A stretch of 64,000 nt of DNA, taken from positions 1 to 64,000 of the forward strand of contig JAHPZA010000008.1 of assembly GCA_019058445.1 (NCBI GenBank), in the 5' to 3' direction. This DNA comes from Promethearchaeota archaeon. GTDB taxonomy: Archaea > Asgardarchaeota > Lokiarchaeia > Sigyniarchaeales > SOKP01. The translations under genes were made by a program, and so were the position numbers. Under the pieces are notes generated by a model. That model searched no databases, had not been told where the DNA came from, and saw only the letters and a program-made list of their open reading frames with translations. Position 1 is the first letter of the stretch, and each line of letters starts with the position of its first letter. Shown here in pieces: positions 39,871-49,444 of this stretch.

Positions 39871-40968
39871 ATGATATTTGAAAATATACAATTTCCAATA
39901 CAAGGTCCATTAAGAGAATTATTATTAATCTTGGAGTGGCTAATTATTTTATTATTTTTCGAAATAGCTATTGTATTTTATGTAAGAGTTAAAAAGCAAA
40001 AAATCAAAAAACAGCCTAATCAGCAAGAAAAAGGCTATGTAATGATGTTTTTAGGATATTCAATTATGTGGATCTTTTGTATTCTGGGTGATTATGCTGC
40101 AGAGAGTAATACTCTCAGAACCTTTTTTTTAAGTATTGGATTTTTCACAATGATGCTCTGCGGGTTAGTATTTTTATACAGAATGGAAAAATCTGAGATA
40201 TTTTTTAAGAGGTTTCTTTTCTCAAAGATATTTGGTATTGTAATAATATTCATCTTCATTAGTGTGATAATAGGTATTGAATCTCCTCGAATTATAGCTT
40301 TTTTATTATTTTACTCTATTTTCTATCTTTTTATGATAATATATCTCATAAAATTTGCTTCAAATCCCTATATAAAAAGCATCCAAAAAAATTTAACTAT
40401 AATGACTTTAACTCTTTTAGTTGGCTTTACGTGTTTAGGGATAGGATTCTTCTTCACAACCGAATATATATTAAACTATTTTGGTTTGGTTTTCAGAGTT
40501 ATTGGTGATATTATTCAATTAATAGGATTTGTGCTTATTAGTGTTTTTTTCTTTAGTGTACCTTCATTAGAGGAGCATGAATGGAGAAAAAGGATTGATA
40601 AACTTTTTATAATGCTTAAATCGGGAATCTGTATTTATCATAAAGGATTTAAAGAAAAACTTAGCGAAATTGATGAACATTCTACTACGGGAGTTATTAA
40701 GAGTATTAATGATATTCTTAAAGAGCTAACTGATAAAAAAGGTATTTCTATCATTGAAAAGACACATAAGATATTTATAATTCAACCAGGTAAATTTATT
40801 ACTGGTTTGTTAATATGCGATCAAGAGTTAAATTCGCTTAAAGTTCTATTAAACAGGCTAATTGTAAATATTGAAGAAATTTACGCTAAAATTATTGAAG
40901 GTTGGAATTTTGAAATAAAAATATTTGAACCAATTGAAGAAATGGCAAAAGAAATCTTTCTATTTTAA
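39871..40968 (+). CDS. 7TM protein with C-terminal longin/roadblock-like domain
   Basis: Seven TM segments, linker VPSLEEHEW, soluble domain LFIM.KSGICIY...DE...TGVI.SI..IL.E...GKFITGLLI. Confidence 0.72.
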   Translation: MIFENIQFPIQGPLRELLLILEWLIILLFFEIAIVFYVRVKKQKIKKQPNQQEKGYVMMFLGYSIMWIFCILGDYAAESNTLRTFFLSIGFFTMMLCGLVFLYRMEKSEIFFKRFLFSKIFGIVIIFIFISVIIGIESPRIIAFLLFYSIFYLFMIIYLIKFASNPYIKSIQKNLTIMTLTLLVGFTCLGIGFFFTTEYILNYFGLVFRVIGDIIQLIGFVLISVFFFSVPSLEEHEWRKRIDKLFIMLKSGICIYHKGFKEKLSEIDEHSTTGVIKSINDILKELTDKKGISIIEKTHKIFIIQPGKFITGLLICDQELNSLKVLLNRLIVNIEEIYAKIIEGWNFEIKIFEPIEEMAKEIFLF

Positions 40969-40997
40969 AAAATAAATTATATAAAAATAAAAATTAT

Positions 40998-42815
40998 TTA
41001 TTTTGAATAAGATCCAAATTGTGGGAATTTCTTTATTTGTTCTGATGTGAAAATTGGTCCATCTTTACAAACACATACATCATTATTTTCTCCAATACAG
41101 CATGATCCACATAATCCAACTCCACATTTCATCTTTCTCTCGAGTGAAGCTTGCACTTCTATGTTTTTTGTTTCAGCAATATCTAAAATGCGTTTCATCA
41201 TAACTTCTGGGCCACATGTCAGAATGAGATCGATATTCTCGTTATTAAGGATATCTTCCACGGCATCTGTTACGAAGCATTTTTTACCTCTAGAGCCATC
41301 ATCAGTTGTACACATGGTATTAGGGATCCAATCAATAAGACGATCGGCAAAGATTAGTGAAGCTTCGTCCTTAGCTCCGATTGCGACAAATACATTTTTC
41401 TTATTTTTCTTTAAAGGTTCGATCAAAGTTGTCACAGCTGCAATCCCCACACCACCACCGGTTACCAGAATATTTGTAGCGTCTTCATAATTCCATGCAT
41501 TTCCAAATGGACCTCTTATCCCTATAATATCTCCTGCGTTCTTATTAAACAATTCAGCAGTTCCCTCACCGATTTTTTGCACGGTAATTTCAAGTAAATT
41601 CCCCTCAACATTAGAGATCGACATTGGTAAAAAGTCAACATCGGGTAACCATAGAACTACAAAATTTCCAGGTCTATAGGCTTTTGCAATTCGAGGATTT
41701 CTAATATAAAAACTTTTTAATTCAGGGGAATGATCTACGATTGAATCAATAACTGATATATCAGTTTTACTTCTGGTGATGTCTAATACTAATTCTTCAT
41801 TATCTTTATCAAGTGATTTTTCTTCAAGAATTCCTTTTTCAATTGCTAAATCGAAAATTTGTTTTCCTCTCTGTGTTCTGATAATTGCGGTTTTCCAACC
41901 ATTGTCACTGCCGACCTCTCCTATGGCGATATCTGCAAAAGAAGCGGTGTAATCAGAACACGAAAAACACGCATTTCTAATAGATTTATCATAAAGCTGA
42001 TTAAGTGGAATTTCTTTCACACTTGAATTGATAACTACTTTTAATTTAAAATTATTTCTGTCATGTTCGATGTTCTTAATTTCATTTGGGTTTATATAAT
42101 ACTCCTTAAAGATCTCATCTAATACTTTATTATGGAAAGTACCGAAGCAAAAGGTGCCAATCGCTAAGGAAACTAAGTCGAACGCTTCGAAATCGAAGCG
42201 AGGATGGTTCTGTAATTTTCTAAGCCCTTGAATTTGACAAGGTGTACCTACCACGGCAATATCTACGAATCCCTTATTAATCGCATCTCCTATAAGTGAT
42301 AAGGTAGGACTCTGACTTGGTTTATATCCGATGCTCTTAAATAGTTCCTGTTGGTTTTCGGCAATCATAGGATATGGTTTGAAGTCCTCGTCCTTTCCCG
42401 TAACAATTGATGCATCTATTATCCCCTGTTCCAGTGCGGTCCATAATAATGCGGTAATTGGTCCCGCATCCATCGCCAGTTTTTCCCGTGCTGAATCCGA
42501 AATCTTAACTGATACAATTTTGATAAAGTGACCAAGAATTCTATCATGTTCTTTACCAAATACCCATTTATCCAATAGCGCTGAGGAAATTTTTTCGATT
42601 TCTGTTTTTGGACAAATATTATAACACAATCCAAATCCATCACGACAAGTATTAACATCTTTGCATGAGCCATCTTCAATCGGTACTTCTTTTTCAGAAT
42701 CAAATTTAATATTTGCACAAAAAGCTCCACAAGCCCCGCAATATACACACTTTCCGGTTTTTATGATTTCAGAATCTAATTCTTGCCAACCTTTTTGAAT
42801 TTTATCTATGTAAAT
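40998..42815 (-). CDS. Fusion: ferredoxin + FrhB (F420-binding) + PyrK/NfnA-type FAD/NAD(P)/[2Fe-2S] subunit
   Basis: The frame is open upstream of TTG 42629 to 42836 and encodes CVYCGACGAFC...C...C..LCYNICP. FrhB motifs VGTPCQ, IGTFC, CFSCSD.TA..ADI. PyrK motifs PMSIS, IRGPFGN, GGGVG, TDDGS, CGP, MKCGVGLCGSC..VCKDGP. Start is uncertain (ATT 42815 or ATA 42809). Confidence 0.88.
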   Translation of the reverse strand: MYIDKIQKGWQELDSEIIKTGKCVYCGACGAFCANIKFDSEKEVPIEDGSCKDVNTCRDGFGLCYNICPKTEIEKISSALLDKWVFGKEHDRILGHFIKIVSVKISDSAREKLAMDAGPITALLWTALEQGIIDASIVTGKDEDFKPYPMIAENQQELFKSIGYKPSQSPTLSLIGDAINKGFVDIAVVGTPCQIQGLRKLQNHPRFDFEAFDLVSLAIGTFCFGTFHNKVLDEIFKEYYINPNEIKNIEHDRNNFKLKVVINSSVKEIPLNQLYDKSIRNACFSCSDYTASFADIAIGEVGSDNGWKTAIIRTQRGKQIFDLAIEKGILEEKSLDKDNEELVLDITRSKTDISVIDSIVDHSPELKSFYIRNPRIAKAYRPGNFVVLWLPDVDFLPMSISNVEGNLLEITVQKIGEGTAELFNKNAGDIIGIRGPFGNAWNYEDATNILVTGGGVGIAAVTTLIEPLKKNKKNVFVAIGAKDEASLIFADRLIDWIPNTMCTTDDGSRGKKCFVTDAVEDILNNENIDLILTCGPEVMMKRILDIAETKNIEVQASLERKMKCGVGLCGSCCIGENNDVCVCKDGPIFTSEQIKKFPQFGSYSK

Positions 42816-42816
42816 T

Positions 42817-43416
42817 TTAATTCCCCCCCTCTTCTTTTAATTTTTTAAGAAAATCTTGTGCTTCTAGCTTTCCAAGTTCAAATGCTTCAATATTTTTATC
42901 TAAAGTTGCGCTCGGAACGAATTCTTGAATAGTTTTAAGTGCCGATTCCTCTGAAAAAATTCCCGAAAGCGCTGTAAAAGCACCGAAAAGAATAGTATTA
43001 CCATATACGGTATTTCCAAATTTCTCTAAAGCTAATTTTTGAACCGGAATTGATAATGCTTTAGAGATTCTTTTAGCTGCTCTGAATTTTTGGATGGTTG
43101 AGGGATCCCAGATTAAGAATCCTGAATCTCCTTTTTTCAAACTACTCGGCTTTACATCCTTCGCGGACTCTTCTGAAAGAATTATCAAAAAGTCATATGG
43201 TTCTAAGGCTTTTGGATAATCAATTAATTTCATCTCTTTATCTAAATCAACTACTACTTCAGCCCAACATCGTCCTCCTCTCGCCGCAGCAGAATAAGCT
43301 TCGGTTTGAGTAGCGGCTAAATTTTCATAGAGCGCACTAGCCATTACAATCATCTTACTTAGGGTTATAACTCCTTGACCCCCAAAACCCGCAACTCTAA
43401 TTTCATATCGAGCCAT
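42817..43416 (-). CDS. korC: 2-oxoacid:ferredoxin oxidoreductase gamma subunit
   Basis: EIRVAGFGGQG, Y...ARGG, NTILFG, NIEAF..G. Confidence 0.9.
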   Translation of the reverse strand: MARYEIRVAGFGGQGVITLSKMIVMASALYENLAATQTEAYSAAARGGRCWAEVVVDLDKEMKLIDYPKALEPYDFLIILSEESAKDVKPSSLKKGDSGFLIWDPSTIQKFRAAKRISKALSIPVQKLALEKFGNTVYGNTILFGAFTALSGIFSEESALKTIQEFVPSATLDKNIEAFELGKLEAQDFLKKLKEEGGN

Positions 43417-44333
43417 TATTTATCCCCCATGGCTATTTTTTGAATTCTAGCATATTCTTCAGAATATTCTGGTTTATCTGACTCATATCTGAATTCCCCG
43501 ATAATATATTTATTAAATAACTCCTCCTCAGTCATGAATTTGGCTTGATTTATTCTTACGCTGTTTCTTTTTATCCAATCTACCATTTTTCCACCAGTAT
43601 CCATCTTTTTTCCCTCTAATCCTAAATATTCTGCACCTAAGCTATCTACATTTTTTCTTCCAAAGTAAGTAACACAGGGAGTAACGATTTCAATAACTGA
43701 AGTTCCTTTATGCTTTAAGGCTTTTTTAAAATATTTCATAAAGGTACGGGGATGTGCGACCGTTGTTCTTGCCACGTGAGTAGCTCCTGCAGCTAAAGCA
43801 AGTTTAATACCATCACTTCGATTTTCAAACATAGTATAAGGTGTAGTGCTGCTTTTAGCTCCAAAAAGAGTTGTAGGTGCTCCTTGACCTCCCGTCATTC
43901 CATAAATACTATTATTGAAGATAAATATGACACAATCTAGATTTCTTCGGCATAGATGGATGAAATGATTACCCCCAATGCCTAAACAATCTCCATCACC
44001 TGAAAAGACTATGGGTTTCATATTGGGATTAGCCATTTTCATTCCGGTAGCTACAGCTGGAGCTCTCCCATGAAGTGCTAAAACTTTTTGAGCGTCAGCA
44101 TGAACTAATAGCAAAATCTGAGAATAACAGCCGATTCCAATTACTAACGGATGTAAATTCGGATCTAACTTTAAATCCTCAAAAACACGAGTGTAAATTT
44201 GTCCAATTATCCCATATCCACAACCAGCACAAAATCTCGAAGAATAAGTGTTTAATATGCGACCGGCATATGAATCCAAAACATAAGGATGTTCTGGCTT
44301 CTCACTCGGATACATTGGAAGTTCTCCCGACAT
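43416..44333 (-). CDS. korB: 2-oxoacid:ferredoxin oxidoreductase beta subunit
   Basis: FCAGCG, GIGC, HGRA, GDGD..GIGGNH, NN.IYGMTGGQ.APT, PC; TAATG stop/start coupling. Confidence 0.93.
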   Translation of the reverse strand: MSGELPMYPSEKPEHPYVLDSYAGRILNTYSSRFCAGCGYGIIGQIYTRVFEDLKLDPNLHPLVIGIGCYSQILLLVHADAQKVLALHGRAPAVATGMKMANPNMKPIVFSGDGDCLGIGGNHFIHLCRRNLDCVIFIFNNSIYGMTGGQGAPTTLFGAKSSTTPYTMFENRSDGIKLALAAGATHVARTTVAHPRTFMKYFKKALKHKGTSVIEIVTPCVTYFGRKNVDSLGAEYLGLEGKKMDTGGKMVDWIKRNSVRINQAKFMTEEELFNKYIIGEFRYESDKPEYSEEYARIQKIAMGDK

Positions 44334-45511
44334 TATTGTGCCACCTCCCTTATTGCTTTTAAAATATCATCTGGATGATGAAACACCGCTACTTGAGGAA
44401 CTTTAATGATAGGAGTTCCAAGTGGAGTAACTCGTTCAACTTGCTCCGCAATAATTCCAGTGTAATTTAATTCGGGAACAATAACGGCTTTAGCATTTTT
44501 TACTACTTCTTTTACTTGTTCATCTGGAAAGGGCCAGACAGTAATTAATCTAAAAGCTCCCACTTTAATTCCCTCTTCACGTGCTATTTCAATTGCTCTA
44601 TAGCTTACTCTTACAGGTAGACCATAAGCAATTATAACGATTTCAGCATCATCTAACTTATAATTTTCGGTAAGACAAATCTTATCCTTGTTTGTTTTAA
44701 TTTTATCAACCATAGTCTGTACAAATCGAAAAGGATCAGGTGATAATATTCCTTCGGGACCGTGGGGAGTATGTAAAAACATACCTGGTACATATTCTGT
44801 TCCCATGATAGGTGGTTTAGGAATTACATATTCATTTTTGACTTTGTCTAAGTAGGAAAATACACGAGGACTAATCTCTTCAGATGGAGGGACCTCTCGT
44901 TTTATTACCTTATTTAATATCTCTTCTTTTGGCGGGATATCAACGACTTCATGTAAATGTCCTAAATACGCATCAGATAGGATAAATACAGGGCAACGAT
45001 ATGTCTCAGCATAATTAAATGCAGTGATTGTTAAATCAAAGAGTTCCTGGCAATTCATAGGAGCTAATGCTATTACTTCAAACTCACCATTTCCAGAAAA
45101 ACGTACAAGTCCTAGATCGTTATGATGAGGATCTGTTACGCTTCCAGTACCAGGACCACAGCGTTGTACATCGCAAAAAACAAAAGGAATTTCAAGATTT
45201 GCTGCCATTGAGATAGTTTCTACCATTAATGACAGTCCTGGTCCAGAAGTTGCAGTCATAGCTTTTGCACCGACCAATGATGCGCCCATTACCGAATTAA
45301 TAGATGCTAATTCATCTTCCATTTGCATGCAGACACCCCCGACTTGAGGCAATCTTTTTGCAAGATGTTCAATTACCTCAGTACTTGGAGTTATGGGATA
45401 CCCTCCAAAAAACCTTAAACCAGCGGATATCGCTCCCTCGGCCATAGCTTCATTGCCCATCATTAAATGTCTTCCTGGTTTTAGAAATCTTTTACCATTT
45501 TGATTATTCAT
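44333..45511 (-). CDS. korA: 2-oxoacid:ferredoxin oxidoreductase alpha subunit
   Basis: GNEA.AEGA, GYPITPSTE, QMEDE, ATSGPG, QRCGPGTG. True start is ATG 45511 after SD GAGGTGA (45517-45523). Confidence 0.93.
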   Translation of the reverse strand: MNNQNGKRFLKPGRHLMMGNEAMAEGAISAGLRFFGGYPITPSTEVIEHLAKRLPQVGGVCMQMEDELASINSVMGASLVGAKAMTATSGPGLSLMVETISMAANLEIPFVFCDVQRCGPGTGSVTDPHHNDLGLVRFSGNGEFEVIALAPMNCQELFDLTITAFNYAETYRCPVFILSDAYLGHLHEVVDIPPKEEILNKVIKREVPPSEEISPRVFSYLDKVKNEYVIPKPPIMGTEYVPGMFLHTPHGPEGILSPDPFRFVQTMVDKIKTNKDKICLTENYKLDDAEIVIIAYGLPVRVSYRAIEIAREEGIKVGAFRLITVWPFPDEQVKEVVKNAKAVIVPELNYTGIIAEQVERVTPLGTPIIKVPQVAVFHHPDDILKAIREVAQ

Positions 45512-45524
45512 ATGATTCACCTCT

Positions 45525-45809
45525 TTATGTTTTGGCTTTTCCAGCCGAATTTTCTGTACCCTCTTCAATGATATAGATTGCCCAGTCCGGACAACCAAAT
45601 TCACACCGCCTACACATCGTACAATACTTTTCTTTGCCTTCCTTGACTCTTGGAACATAAGCTATTCGCATATTTAATTCATCTCCGATTTCTAATATAC
45701 CCGTAGGACACACTGCAACACATATTTCACAGCCACCACATCGATCTTTATTAAAAAATAAGGAAAAATTTTTTTCTTTGTTTTCAATTAATTTTGGAAT
45801 TTTAATCAA
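45525..45809 (-). CDS. korD: 2-oxoacid:ferredoxin oxidoreductase delta subunit (2x[4Fe-4S])
   Basis: CGGCEICVAVCP and CTMCRRCEFGCPDWAI. Confidence 0.9.
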   Translation of the reverse strand: MIKIPKLIENKEKNFSLFFNKDRCGGCEICVAVCPTGILEIGDELNMRIAYVPRVKEGKEKYCTMCRRCEFGCPDWAIYIIEEGTENSAGKAKT

Positions 45810-45842
45810 CTCCGTTAATTATTGAGTAATTAAATATGTTAA

Positions 45843-45856
45843 CAGTTATAAATTTC
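45843..45856 (-). promoter_or_regulatory. BRE/TATA promoter of the kor operon
   Basis: GAAATTTATAACTG about 35-45 nt upstream of korD; an identical 14-mer lies at 49536-49549. Confidence 0.5.
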
Positions 45857-46118
45857 AATTTATTAAATTTTAAGTTTTTTCAAAATAAATCTTAATTGAA
45901 AGAATGCCATTATTTTTTTTTAAAAAAGTAGATAGTATTATAAGTTATTGTATTCTTCTAGTCTTTTTTCAGCAATATCATCAATACTGCCATAATCTAA
46001 ATAATTTAACATAGAGAATTTATTTTAATAAAGAAATTATATTAAGTAACACTTACTTGCATTTGAAGTCTTTTAAAGAAACATTAGTGCAAGCAATTTA
46101 TATTTAAAAGAAATAGTT

Positions 46119-46529
46119 ATGAAACGAAAAATTCGTGTCCTCATAGCTAAACCAGGTCTAGACGGCCATGCTCGAGGGGCAAAGGTAGTCTCAATGGCAT
46201 TAAGAGACGCTGGGATGGAAGTAATTTATACAGGACTTCAACAAACACCTGAACAAATAGTCAATGCTGCTTTACAGGAGGATGTTGATTGTATTGGAAT
46301 ATCCATTCTAAGTGGTGCTCATATGACATTAATACCTCGCATCTTAGAATTGATTAAAAAACAAGGATTATCAGATAAATTAATAATCGCAGGAGGCACT
46401 ATTGTTTTAGAAAAAGATATAGAAGCTCTCAAGGAATTGGGAGTTAATGAAATATTCGGTCCAGGAACTCCAACAAAAGAAATTATTGATCATATTAATC
46501 ACTATTTTGGAATAATCAATAAACTTTAA
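46119..46529 (+). CDS. B12-binding small subunit of an acyl-CoA mutase
   Basis: [10 protein letters not shown] (DxHxxG), YTGL.QTPE, SILSGAH, FGPGT. Confidence 0.93.
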   Translation: MKRKIRVLIAKPGLDGHARGAKVVSMALRDAGMEVIYTGLQQTPEQIVNAALQEDVDCIGISILSGAHMTLIPRILELIKKQGLSDKLIIAGGTIVLEKDIEALKELGVNEIFGPGTPTKEIIDHINHYFGIINKL

Positions 46530-46561
46530 AATTCAATAAACAACCAAAGAGGCAATAAGAA

Positions 46562-48223
46562 ATGTATGATAAAGAGAAATTAAAAGAAATAAAAAATAAT
46601 GAGGTGTTTTGGAAAAATATAATTGTTCAAAAATGGATTGAAAGATTTCCTGAAATAAAAAATGAATTCAAAACATCTTCAGGTATAATACTTAAAAATG
46701 TCTATACTCCCATAGATATCGTGAATTTGGATTATTCAAATGACCTTTCATTTCCCGCTATTTATCCTTTTACACGTGGAATTTACCCAAATATGTATAG
46801 AGGTCGAATATGGACTATACGTCAAGTAACAGGGTTTGGTAAGGCCGAAGAAACCAGTGAAAGACTTTCTTTTTTAGATAAAGCAGGACAGACAGGTCTA
46901 AATATTGTTTTTGACATGCCTACTCACCATGGGTTGGATTCGGATGATCCTATCGCAGAAGGAGAGGTAGGTAGAGAGGGCGTTGCGATTGATACAATCA
47001 AAGATATGGAAGATCTATTTGATGGAATTCCTCTTGATCAGGTAAGCACTTCACTCATAACGATCGGTGCAGCCCCGATATTACTGGCTATGTATATTGC
47101 AATAGCTGAAAAAAGAGGGATGAAATCTGAAAATTTAGCAGGTACTATTCAGAATGATTCTATTACTGCTTTTGCAGTAACTGGTGCTGAAGGTTCTGGT
47201 ATCAGGCTTGATCCGCTTATAAGACTTGCCGTAGATACTGCTGACTATTGTATCAGATATATGCCAAAGTGGTATCCATTAAGTATTGTAGGATATCATA
47301 TACGTGAAGCTGGAGCTAATGCAGTTCAAGAATTAGCATTTACCTTAGCTAGTGGTATTGCATATGTTAAGGAACTTTTAAAAAAAGGATTGGATATTGA
47401 TGAGATAGGACCAAAGATAACATTCTTCTTTGGTGCGCATAATAATTTTTTCGAAGAAATTGCTAAATTCAGAGCTGCCCGAAGGATGTGGGCTCGAATT
47501 ATGAAGAAATGGTTCCATGCTAAAGATATAAGATCAATGGTTTTAAAATATCACGTTCAAACCTGTGGATGTACCTTAATCGCTCCACAACCAGAAACAA
47601 ATATCATAAGAACCACGATTCAAGCTCTAGCAGCTATTTTAGGTGGAACAAATTCTTTGCATACCAATTCTATGGATGAAGCATTTGCTTTACCCTCAGA
47701 AAAAGCATCGAGAATTGCTGTAAGGACTCAGCAAATTATAGCTCATGAATCAGGAGTAGCTGAAGTATGCGACCCTCTTGGTGGTTCTTATTTCATAGAG
47801 GCACTCACTAATGAAGTCGAAAAAGAGGCTTATAAGTATATCGAAAGAATTGAAGATATGGGTGGGATGATTGAAGCTGTGAAAAAAGAATATATTCAAA
47901 ATGAGGTTGCAAAGTCAGCTTATAAATATCAAAAGGATATAGAAAGCGAAAAAAGTATTGTGGTGGGTTTAAATAAATACCAGATTGATGAGAAATTAGA
48001 ACTTAACCTCTTTAAAATAGGACGCAATTATGAAATACGGCAAATTGAAAATTTACAAAAGATTAGAAAAACAAGAGATAATCTTAAAGTTAAAGAAGTT
48101 TTATCTGAAATTAGTGATGGATTGCATAAAGGTGAAAATCTTATGCCGCTGCTAATTAAAGCAGTCAAAACCTATGCAACAATAGGAGAACTTATGGGAA
48201 TATTAAAGAAGGATTTAATTTAA
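46562..48223 (+). CDS. Acyl-CoA mutase large subunit (methylmalonyl-CoA mutase family, atypical specificity residues)
   Basis: YPFTRG.YP.MYRG..WTIRQ, FDMPT, GTIQND, GYHIREAG, EIAKFRAARR, NSLHTNS.DEA, DPLGGSY. Confidence 0.93.
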   Translation: MYDKEKLKEIKNNEVFWKNIIVQKWIERFPEIKNEFKTSSGIILKNVYTPIDIVNLDYSNDLSFPAIYPFTRGIYPNMYRGRIWTIRQVTGFGKAEETSERLSFLDKAGQTGLNIVFDMPTHHGLDSDDPIAEGEVGREGVAIDTIKDMEDLFDGIPLDQVSTSLITIGAAPILLAMYIAIAEKRGMKSENLAGTIQNDSITAFAVTGAEGSGIRLDPLIRLAVDTADYCIRYMPKWYPLSIVGYHIREAGANAVQELAFTLASGIAYVKELLKKGLDIDEIGPKITFFFGAHNNFFEEIAKFRAARRMWARIMKKWFHAKDIRSMVLKYHVQTCGCTLIAPQPETNIIRTTIQALAAILGGTNSLHTNSMDEAFALPSEKASRIAVRTQQIIAHESGVAEVCDPLGGSYFIEALTNEVEKEAYKYIERIEDMGGMIEAVKKEYIQNEVAKSAYKYQKDIESEKSIVVGLNKYQIDEKLELNLFKIGRNYEIRQIENLQKIRKTRDNLKVKEVLSEISDGLHKGENLMPLLIKAVKTYATIGELMGILKKDLI

Positions 48224-48265
48224 GTTTCATAAGAAATTATAAAAATTTTAAAAATAAATCATCTT

Positions 48266-49444
48266 TTACAATTTCTTATATTCTTCTAGTATTTTTTTAG
48301 CAACATCATCAGTGTTGCTGTATTTTCCCTCTTTTCTAAAATTTAGAGGTACGGCATCTGCTGGTAAAAACATCCAATTCTTTTCAACATCAAGTCCATG
48401 AGCTAATGTATTTTCTAAGGCATGCATGAGTTTTTTAGATTCTGTTTCAAATCCTAAGTAATCAAGCATCAAGGTAGCTGAAACTATCGCTGCTGCAGGG
48501 TTTGCGATTTTTTGACCTGCTATATCAGGAGCAGAACCATGAGTAGGTTCGAAATATGGGATTTTTGGACCATAAACACCAGAGCCAGCAACACCCAAAC
48601 CTCCCACAATTTGAGCCGCTTCATCGCTCAAAATATCCCCCATCATATTGGGAATTACTATAGTATCGTGATAGTCAGGAAATCTTATTAACCGGGCCGC
48701 AAAATCATCCACAATATAAGTCTCTACTTTTAAATCGGGAAATTCGGTCTCGGCTATTTTTTTTATTCTTTTAATGAACATACCGTCTTGCTGGCGAAAA
48801 ATATTAGGTTTGCAGACGATTTCAAGCAATCCTTTTCCAACACCCTCATTTTTGCGTTTCATACACAGCTCGCAAGCTGCTCGACCTACTCTGTCAGTCG
48901 CGTGGGGGGATACCACCCTTAGGCCATAAATTGCCTTTTCAGTCCATCTTTCAATCTCTGGTTTATAGATTAATCCTTTTTTAATTAATTTTGTAATTTT
49001 TCCTTCTTTCCCTACTGCTGCATATGCGCCTTGCGTACATTCTCTTACAAACACATAATCAATGTTTTCTACCAATTCTGGTTTGAGATTGGTATCCATT
49101 CCTTTAAAATATTTGATAGGCCTTATATTAGCATAATTTCCAAGCCCCCAACGCAAATATGCAATGACTTGTGTTGCTGTTTCGTGCGTTGCTCCAAATA
49201 AAACTGCATCGCTATTATTTACTGCTTCTTTTGATTCAGGAGGAAAAGCGTTACCATGTGTTTGTATAGCACTCTCTCCACAAGGCATACTTTTGATTTC
49301 TAAACCATTAATTTTCATTCCCTCCAAAATAAAAACAGTCGCGTTGACAACCGTTGGTCCGATACCGTCTCCCCCCAGAGCTGTGACAACTTTTTTTGAT
49401 TTATCAATATTTGGGCATTTAAGCACGCTTCTGTATCGTTCCAT
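48266..49444 (-). CDS. Isocitrate/isopropylmalate dehydrogenase family protein
   Basis: GGDGIGP, YANIRP, VRE, K.N, VDD, N..GDILSD, FEPTHGSAPDIAG..IANP. Confidence 0.92.
   Translation of the reverse strand: MERYRSVLKCPNIDKSKKVVTALGGDGIGPTVVNATVFILEGMKINGLEIKSMPCGESAIQTHGNAFPPESKEAVNNSDAVLFGATHETATQVIAYLRWGLGNYANIRPIKYFKGMDTNLKPELVENIDYVFVRECTQGAYAAVGKEGKITKLIKKGLIYKPEIERWTEKAIYGLRVVSPHATDRVGRAACELCMKRKNEGVGKGLLEIVCKPNIFRQQDGMFIKRIKKIAETEFPDLKVETYIVDDFAARLIRFPDYHDTIVIPNMMGDILSDEAAQIVGGLGVAGSGVYGPKIPYFEPTHGSAPDIAGQKIANPAAAIVSATLMLDYLGFETESKKLMHALENTLAHGLDVEKNWMFLPADAVPLNFRKEGKYSNTDDVAKKILEEYKKL

Noticed and set aside
42419-42748. 109-aa ORF as a separate gene or frameshift partner
   Set aside because: It is an off-frame shadow; the real ferredoxin N-terminus is continuous in the 40998 frame.
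45512-45658. 49-aa N-terminal extension of korA in the ORF track
   Set aside because: It overlaps korD; the SD-supported ATG is at 45511.
46056-46093. Cobalamin riboswitch upstream of the mutase
   Set aside because: Only a 6-bp dyad (CTTGCA/TGCAAG); no B12-box and too little room.
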